Shown: one piece after another, positions 57,447 through 64,000 of the stretch | How positions within the stretch are numbered: the stretch's first letter is position 1 | Layout of the letters: every line of letters begins with the position of its first letter | Source: Candidatus Latescibacterota bacterium | Lineage (GTDB): Bacteria > Latescibacterota > UBA2968 | Length of the DNA: 64,000 nucleotides | Direction of reading: 5' to 3' | NCBI GenBank assembly: GCA_965116885.1 | Contig: OZ220741.1 | Coordinates: 1-64,000 of the forward strand | Program-made: the position numbers and the translations under genes | Notes under the pieces: model-generated | What the model was told of the DNA's origin: nothing | Database searches by the model: none | What the model saw: the letters and a program-made list of their open reading frames with translations, nothing else

Positions 57447-58685
57447 ATGGCAACTCAATTTGGCGATGAACGCGATTGGTTTTTGGAAAAGCGATTTGGA
57501 ATGTTCGTCCACTGGGGGATTTACGCAATCCCCGGATGGCACGAACAGCATCAATGGCGCGGACGCATGCCCGCAAATGAATACGTGAAATTAGCCGAGC
57601 AGTGGAATCCCACAAACTTCAATCCCGACGCATGGTTAGATCTCGCGGAAGAAGCCGGGATGCAATACATCATCGCGACAACCAAACACCACGATGGATT
57701 CTGCTTGTGGGACACAGCGCATACGGCATTCAACACCATGAATACGCCGTACGGCAAAGACCCGATGGCAATGCTCGCCGATGCGTGTCACAAACGCAAC
57801 TTCCCCCTGGGCTTTTATTATTCAATTGCCGACTGGCACCACCCCAATTATCCCAATCAGGGACGACATCACGAATTGCCCCAACCCAAGCCAGGAGATG
57901 ATCCCGACCTGGTGAAATACCTGGAATTTCTGAAAGCCCAGGTATGGGAATTGTGTACCCATTACGGAAAACTACACGCATTCTGGTGGGATATGAATGT
58001 AGATGAACACTTCGACCCATCCATCAACGCGATGATTCGGTCCCTACAACCCGCGGCAGTAATCAACAATCGGGGATTTGACCCCGGTGATTTTGGCACG
58101 CCCGAGCGCGATCATGTGCAAGGCATAGATACGCAGCAGTCATTTGATCGGCTGACCGAAGCGTGTCAATCCGTCGGAATCGAAAGCTGGGGCTATCGGA
58201 TAGATGAGGATTATTATACAGACCGCCATTTGATACGGAGCATCGATCGGTATCTCGCGCGCGACGCAAACTACTTGCTCAACGTAGGCCCCAAACCCGA
58301 CGGCACAATTCCAGACGCATCCGAACGCATCTTGAAACGCATAGGAAAATGGTATTGCGCGGTAGAAGAAGCGGTCAAAGACGTAGAACCCGCGTCGCAC
58401 CTGACGCGCAACCGCGATATACTATTGACGCGCCGGGACAATGTGATCTACGTACACCTGGTAAACGACCCGCGCACGAGCGGCGTAAAACTCGACCCCA
58501 TTGCAATCGCACCAAAAAGTGCCACATTACTAAATACAGGTGAAACCGTAGATTTTACCGTGGACCTGGTACCGACCAATCACATAGAACACAAACCCTA
58601 TTTGCGACTACAAAACTTGCCAGTAAATAAACTGATCAACACCGTAATAGTAGTAAAACTCGAATTTGACGAAGCACCTGAGTAA
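57447..58685 (+). CDS. GH29 alpha-L-fucosidase
   Basis: RFGMFVHWG, KHHDGF, WWDM, INNR, LLNVGP; no signal peptide. Confidence 0.9.
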   Translation: MATQFGDERDWFLEKRFGMFVHWGIYAIPGWHEQHQWRGRMPANEYVKLAEQWNPTNFNPDAWLDLAEEAGMQYIIATTKHHDGFCLWDTAHTAFNTMNTPYGKDPMAMLADACHKRNFPLGFYYSIADWHHPNYPNQGRHHELPQPKPGDDPDLVKYLEFLKAQVWELCTHYGKLHAFWWDMNVDEHFDPSINAMIRSLQPAAVINNRGFDPGDFGTPERDHVQGIDTQQSFDRLTEACQSVGIESWGYRIDEDYYTDRHLIRSIDRYLARDANYLLNVGPKPDGTIPDASERILKRIGKWYCAVEEAVKDVEPASHLTRNRDILLTRRDNVIYVHLVNDPRTSGVKLDPIAIAPKSATLLNTGETVDFTVDLVPTNHIEHKPYLRLQNLPVNKLINTVIVVKLEFDEAPE

Positions 58686-58703
58686 AGATAGCAGGAGAAA
58701 ATC

Positions 58704-59426
58704 ATGTTTGGAGAAATCCGAAATAAAAACGGCGAAAAACTCGACTATGCTTTTCACAGTGGAAATCCCGAAAGCAAACACATCGTAGTCTTAGGCCATG
58801 GCGTAACCGGCAACAGAGACAGGCCATTTCTGGTCGCACTGGCGCATGCATTGGAAGCCGAAGGAATCAACGTCCTCCGCTTCTCTTTTGCCGGCAACGG
58901 GAACTCGGAAGGTCAATTTGAGGACGCAACCATAACAAAAGAAGTAGATGATCTGGGTTCAGTCCTGGATGCCTTAAACGGATATACAATCTGTTATGCC
59001 GGACACAGCATGGGAGGTGCCGTAGGCGTATTGCGAGCGAGCACAGATACGCGCATTCAGTATCTCATCTCGTTGGCGGGCATGGTAGATACAAAGGGAT
59101 TTGCACAGCGCGAATTTGGAGATGTCACCCCCGATGAAGGCAACATGTGGGACGACCCGGATTGTCCGCTATCCAGCGCGTATATGGACGACCTGACCGC
59201 GATTGACACCGTCGTAGATCGCGCGTCTCAAATCTCGGTCCCGTGGTTGCTCGTACACGGCACAGAAGACGACGTAGTACCCATTGAAGACTCCCAGACA
59301 ATATTCGAGCAAGCCAACGAATCAAAAGAACTGGTCGTACTACCCGATGCAGATCACGTATTCAGCGATGACGCAACACCCACCATGATACAGGCCGTTA
59401 TAGATTGGATTGCAAAACGGGAGTAA
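58704..59426 (+). CDS. Alpha/beta hydrolase
   Basis: GHSMGG, HGTEDDVVP, ADHVF catalytic triad. Confidence 0.88.
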   Translation: MFGEIRNKNGEKLDYAFHSGNPESKHIVVLGHGVTGNRDRPFLVALAHALEAEGINVLRFSFAGNGNSEGQFEDATITKEVDDLGSVLDALNGYTICYAGHSMGGAVGVLRASTDTRIQYLISLAGMVDTKGFAQREFGDVTPDEGNMWDDPDCPLSSAYMDDLTAIDTVVDRASQISVPWLLVHGTEDDVVPIEDSQTIFEQANESKELVVLPDADHVFSDDATPTMIQAVIDWIAKRE

Positions 59427-59428
59427 TA

Positions 59429-60466
59429 ATGTCTTCTAAAACATACCGAGCCGCGGTAATAGGCCTGGGAATGATCGGCGGAGCAGATCAAGTCTCAGGA
59501 GATGTATTGGGCCAGCGCGTGGACAGTATGGACGGCACGCATACTTTTGCGTATCAAAACCATCCGCGCATCGCTCTCGTGGCCGGATCAAGCCGCGACC
59601 TGGGGCGACGCGAGCGCTATGAAGCGCGCACAGGTGCTATAACTTATGAGAACTGGCGTGAAATGATCGCCAACGAAGCACTCGATATTGTCAGCATAGC
59701 GACCTACACCCCTACCCACGCGGAAATTGCCATAGCCTGTGCCGAACGCGGCATTCCCGTCATCTATTGCGAAAAACCCGCAGCAACCACGGTGATAGAT
59801 GCCCAGCGCATGCTCGAGGCACAAAAACACGGATTATTGGTCTTTAACCATCAGCGAAGATTTGATCCCAATTACCGCCGACTCAGCGCACTAATTGCCG
59901 AAGGAAAACTGGGCACACTTATTTCCGCTTCTCTCCAATGGCCGACGGGCCGATTGGGTAATGTGGGAACCCATGCAATTGACGCCCTCTTGATGCTCAC
60001 CGGACATCGCGTCCAATCGGTCTCCGCGACCCTTGATCTGGCGGGAAAACCCGATTGCCGCGGCGATGAATTTCGCGATCCCGGAGGATGTGGTGTCATG
60101 CGTATGGACGGTGGGCTAATGGTAACAGTAAGCGCACCCGACTATTCCGCCGCACCGCCGCGCACGGAAATTAACGGGCAAAAAGGACGGGCAATTATCG
60201 AGGCAAAAGGCATCACACTCGAATACTGGACTGGAGAAACAGAACAGTGGCCGCCCCATAAGGATAGCGATTCGGGAATGGACCGCGCCGTATCGGAAAT
60301 CGTCGCCTGTCTGGACGATCGCGTCCCATTCTCTTATAACCCCGAAGAAGCTGTCCATACACTCGAAACCATTGTCGCCTTCCACGCTTCTCATAAACAA
60401 AACGCAGCCTATGTTGATCTTCCCTTATCGGGCAGTGACCGCGAGATTGTCGTACTAAGCGGATGA
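59429..60466 (+). CDS. Gfo/Idh/MocA family oxidoreductase
   Basis: IGLGMIG, CEKP, NHQRRF, GTHAID. Confidence 0.88.
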   Translation: MSSKTYRAAVIGLGMIGGADQVSGDVLGQRVDSMDGTHTFAYQNHPRIALVAGSSRDLGRRERYEARTGAITYENWREMIANEALDIVSIATYTPTHAEIAIACAERGIPVIYCEKPAATTVIDAQRMLEAQKHGLLVFNHQRRFDPNYRRLSALIAEGKLGTLISASLQWPTGRLGNVGTHAIDALLMLTGHRVQSVSATLDLAGKPDCRGDEFRDPGGCGVMRMDGGLMVTVSAPDYSAAPPRTEINGQKGRAIIEAKGITLEYWTGETEQWPPHKDSDSGMDRAVSEIVACLDDRVPFSYNPEEAVHTLETIVAFHASHKQNAAYVDLPLSGSDREIVVLSG

Positions 60467-60475
60467 AAGGAATCT

Positions 60476-61657
60476 ATGCCGACTATTGGAACACCGCTTT
60501 CACCCACCGCAACCAAAGTACTCATGTGTGGCTCTGGCGAATTGGGCAAGGAAGTTGTCATTGAACTCCAGCGCTATGGCGTAGAAGTAATTGCTGTAGA
60601 TCGCTACGCCAATGCGCCCGCGATGCAAGTAGCGCATCGGTCGCATGTCATCACCATGCTGGATGGAGCTGCCCTGCGCGAAGTCATAGAAAAAGAACAG
60701 CCCGACCTGATCGTACCCGAAATTGAAGCAATAGCCACAGACACACTCGTCGAATTGGAAAGCGAAGGATTCACAGTAATCCCAACAGCCCGAGCAACTC
60801 GCCTGACAATGAACCGCGAAGGCATCCGTCGGTTAGCCGCCGAAGAACTGGGACTAAAGACCTCACCTTACCGATTTGCGTCGAATTTGGAAGAATACCG
60901 CGCAGCAGTTCGTGAAATCGGCGTACCCTGTGTCATAAAACCAACCATGAGTTCATCGGGCAAAGGACAAAGCACCGTAAAAAACATGGCCGACGCCGAA
61001 AAATCGTGGACCTATGCACAGGAAGATGCGCGCGGAGGCGCAGATGCGGTCATCGTGGAAGGCTTTGTAGATTTTGACTATGAAATTACGCTATTAACCC
61101 TGCGCCATGAAGGAGGCACGAGCTTTTGCGCGCCAATAGGACATCGACAGGTAGATGGCGACTATCACGAATCGTGGCAGCCACAGCCAATGAGCGAAGC
61201 TGCCCTTGCAGGCGCACAACGGATTGGCAAAGCGATCACCGACGCACTGGGCGGCCGCGGCATATTTGGCGTAGAATTATTTGTGAAAGGCGACGACATC
61301 TACTTCAGCGAAGTATCACCTCGCCCACACGACACGGGCATGGTAACCATGATCTCGCAAGACCTGTCTGAATTTGCCCTGCATGCGCGGGCAATCCTGG
61401 GATTACCAGTACCAAACATCAAACACCACGGTCCCTCTGCTTCGCATGTAATCCTGGTAGAAGGACATTCACAACAGGTACAATTCGGCAACCTGGGCGC
61501 CGCACTCACCGAACCCGACACAGAAATCCGCTTATTTGGCAAACCCGAAGTACAGGGAGAACGGAGAATGGGCGTCGTCCTTGCAAGGGGCGCGACACTG
61601 CAAGAAGCGCGCGAAAAGGCAAAAGCGGGAGCAGAAGCCATTAGCATCGCGCTTTAA
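60476..61657 (+). CDS. purT: Formate-dependent phosphoribosylglycinamide formyltransferase
   Basis: [44 protein letters not shown]. Confidence 0.96.
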   Translation: MPTIGTPLSPTATKVLMCGSGELGKEVVIELQRYGVEVIAVDRYANAPAMQVAHRSHVITMLDGAALREVIEKEQPDLIVPEIEAIATDTLVELESEGFTVIPTARATRLTMNREGIRRLAAEELGLKTSPYRFASNLEEYRAAVREIGVPCVIKPTMSSSGKGQSTVKNMADAEKSWTYAQEDARGGADAVIVEGFVDFDYEITLLTLRHEGGTSFCAPIGHRQVDGDYHESWQPQPMSEAALAGAQRIGKAITDALGGRGIFGVELFVKGDDIYFSEVSPRPHDTGMVTMISQDLSEFALHARAILGLPVPNIKHHGPSASHVILVEGHSQQVQFGNLGAALTEPDTEIRLFGKPEVQGERRMGVVLARGATLQEAREKAKAGAEAISIAL

Positions 61658-62859
61658 GACAGAATCAGTTGTGCAACAGCCTCTTCATTAAGCGTAATAC
61701 CCAAACCGGGTTCTTCACTCAGAGTAACATGCCCATTTTCAAGCAACAAAGGCTCTGTAAGAAGCCCATTACCAAAAGGACCGCGCGCAAAACCACTGGG
61801 ACATTCGGATATAAAGCAATTGGGAGTCGCCGCGCCAACCTGCAGACCCGCCATGAGATGAACAGGCGTACTGGTACTCACATGAGACGCCCATGACACA
61901 CCAAAAACATCGGCTAATTGTGCGATGCGCAACGTCTCAGAAATACCTCCAGCCCGACAAACATCCGGAAGAATGAGATCGCATTCCTTATTCAGCAAAC
62001 GATCTCGCACGACATAGCGGTTGCAGTCCGTCTCCCCAACAGCGATTCGAACAGAAGTCAATTGGGTCAACTGCCGATATCCCTGATGATCTTCGGGCAG
62101 CAGAGCATCTTCAAACCATTCCACATTGCCGAGATCCTCAAGCAACCGGACAAAGCGGAGAGCATCTTTAATATCGAATCCACCGTGTGCATCAACGAGC
62201 AACTTGCCGCGGTCTCCCACAGCGCGGGACATCTCCCGGACAACGTGCATCTGTTCGTCTATAGTCCCGCGTCCACAGGACGTCTTCACCACAGAAAACC
62301 CATCATCCAGAACCCTATCAATCCCCTCGCAACGAGATTCAATAGTCTGACCCGGCGTACCCGATGAATACACGGGAATTTGCAAACGATAGGGACCACC
62401 GAGCAACCGCCAGATCGGTTCGTTGTAATATTTACCGAGTATATCCCAAAGCGCGATATCGATCCCCGCAATCGCCTCCAGTGTAAACCCCTGCGTATGG
62501 GAACGCAGGCGCATCGTCGAAAACATGCGCTCCCACAAAACGTCGATCGAGCGCGGGTCCTCCCCGATCAGGACAGGACGCAACAAATCTTCTACAATCG
62601 TTTTGACAACGCGAGGCGCAGCCGGGGCGTGGGCTTCGCCAATGCCCTCAATGCCATTATCTGTACGCACGCGAATAAGCGCTGTCGATCGCCCCGAAGG
62701 ATAGACACACAGGTGGCGCGTATCGGCTCTGCCGGGAAAGGTCTGTGTGGATTGGGGCGCGACTTGCGGAAATTTTAATCCTGCGGTATCTTCATATCGC
62801 GTCGCACCCTGCTGACGAACGGTAGAGAGAATATCGCAGGTAATATCGATAATTTTCAT
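61654..62859 (-). CDS. Mandelate racemase/muconate lactonizing enzyme family protein
   Basis: [20 protein letters not shown], metal ligands VDAH/WFED/GET, PGLGI; GAGG RBS before MKIID. Confidence 0.88.
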   Translation of the reverse strand: MKIIDITCDILSTVRQQGATRYEDTAGLKFPQVAPQSTQTFPGRADTRHLCVYPSGRSTALIRVRTDNGIEGIGEAHAPAAPRVVKTIVEDLLRPVLIGEDPRSIDVLWERMFSTMRLRSHTQGFTLEAIAGIDIALWDILGKYYNEPIWRLLGGPYRLQIPVYSSGTPGQTIESRCEGIDRVLDDGFSVVKTSCGRGTIDEQMHVVREMSRAVGDRGKLLVDAHGGFDIKDALRFVRLLEDLGNVEWFEDALLPEDHQGYRQLTQLTSVRIAVGETDCNRYVVRDRLLNKECDLILPDVCRAGGISETLRIAQLADVFGVSWASHVSTSTPVHLMAGLQVGAATPNCFISECPSGFARGPFGNGLLTEPLLLENGHVTLSEEPGLGITLNEEAVAQLILS

Positions 62860-62960
62860 TTTTACCTCTTGGGGTGTGTTATTATGTCGAAAAATAAAAA
62901 TAGGACGGAAATCCGTTATTTGCAAATCTCTAAAAAATATTAAACAAGGAGACCGCAAAC

Positions 62961-64000
62961 ATGAAACACTTATTAAAAGACGAAGCAATATTGCATTTTA
63001 TAGCGCGGGGATATTGCGTCGTCAAAACAAATGTCGCACCGCATATCCACGCGCAAATTCTGACAGATGCAAAAAAGGCGATGGCAGAGAGAAACCCGGG
63101 CAATGACATATTGCATGCCGCACCGGGATTGCGCGAAATTTTTGACGACGAAGCAATGGTCGGCACGCTATCGAGTATCCTGGGCGACTCGTATGTCATG
63201 CATTGCCACAGACATTGCCATCGCAATACCGCGGGCACAGAAGGCCGAAATTTTCATCAGGACGGATCAACGCGTCGATTTGCTGGCTGGAGCCGCCCCT
63301 GGCGGCGTCACCATCGCCCGCGAACCGTCATGGCAATTTGTTATCCCCACCAAACGCCGATTGAAATGGGACCCACGGGCGTCATTCCCGGAACGCAGTA
63401 TTACAGCGCGAAACCCCAAAATGAGTTTGATTACGAATTTCCATTTGCAGTTGTCGATCCCGGCGATGTATTGCTCGTACATTTTGATTTGTTCCATCGT
63501 GTATCCAGCAACACGAGCGACCGCGACCGGTATATGATGAAATTTTTGTTCAAACGCACAGAAGAACCAACAGTGCCGAGTTGGCATGCCGCATCGGATT
63601 TCGATCCCGATTTCGACACCCTTGCCCACCGGATAAAACCCGACCATCCATCTGACGTCTTATTGCGCCATCCCCTAGTATGGGAATTTATGTGGCACTG
63701 GATGCGCGGTGAACCCCTGCCCGAGTGGGGTAATGACGCGCCCGTCTCCGTGGATGACATGATGCACAACCTGAACAGCGACGATCCAGGTATCGTGATA
63801 GATGCGACATACGCACTGGGGCGACTGGGCAAACGCGCAGTACCCACATTGATGGATATATTACTGGGACCAGATGAAGCCCTACGAGAGCAAGTACCCG
63901 CAGCACTATCAGCAGCAGGTAGATACGCGGTAGATCCACTCATCCAGGCATTGACACATTCAGACGACTGGGTGAGAGCAACCGCTGCGGATACCCTGGG
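62961..64000 (+). CDS. PhyH-like dioxygenase fused to HEAT repeats (partial, runs off window)
   Basis: Manual translation from ATG 62961 (AAGGAG RBS): MKHLLKDEAILHFIARGY...HCHRHCH...FHQDG...MGPTGVIPG...DLFHR; then ATYALGRLG and LTHSDDWVRATAADTL HEAT units. Confidence 0.8.
   Translation, partial: MKHLLKDEAILHFIARGYCVVKTNVAPHIHAQILTDAKKAMAERNPGNDILHAAPGLREIFDDEAMVGTLSSILGDSYVMHCHRHCHRNTAGTEGRNFHQDGSTRRFAGWSRPWRRHHRPRTVMAICYPHQTPIEMGPTGVIPGTQYYSAKPQNEFDYEFPFAVVDPGDVLLVHFDLFHRVSSNTSDRDRYMMKFLFKRTEEPTVPSWHAASDFDPDFDTLAHRIKPDHPSDVLLRHPLVWEFMWHWMRGEPLPEWGNDAPVSVDDMMHNLNSDDPGIVIDATYALGRLGKRAVPTLMDILLGPDEALREQVPAALSAAGRYAVDPLIQALTHSDDWVRATAADTL

Overview
64 kb of bacterial chromosome, probably from an FCB-group lineage such as Ca. 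Latescibacterota or Gemmatimonadota. This is an inference from PorV, dockerin-like EF-hand modules, PhyH-HEAT and ankyrin proteins and sulfatases, and the organism may be host-associated. No rRNA, tRNA, CRISPR array or intact transposase/integrase was recognised. From left to right: (1) the 5' end of a probable trpE preceded by an unannotated 34-codon Trp/Phe/Tyr-rich leader peptide with terminator and antiterminator; (2) ABC and glycosylation genes; (3) an outer-membrane/T9SS-like locus (5.7-17.1 kb); (4) a direct-repeat-bounded islet holding gene relics and a RES-Xre toxin-antitoxin pair; (5) a sigma54-type promoter driving an orphan ABC ATPase and an ankyrin protein; (6) a compact operon of fatty acyl reductase, acyltransferase, alkyl-DHAP synthase and DHRS7B-like SDR that mirrors the eukaryotic peroxisomal ether-lipid pathway, divergent from an ndk-yceD-rpmF-fab-rnc operon lacking plsX; (7) an uncharacterised GlmL-like ASKHA ATPase and membrane-protein cluster; (8) orphan oppDF; (9) a sulfatase/PhyH/fucosidase catabolic cluster, purT and an enolase-family gene. 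The best candidates for an undescribed system are the ether-lipid operon, the GlmL-like membrane cluster and the tri-aromatic attenuator. All family assignments come from motif recognition, not database searches.
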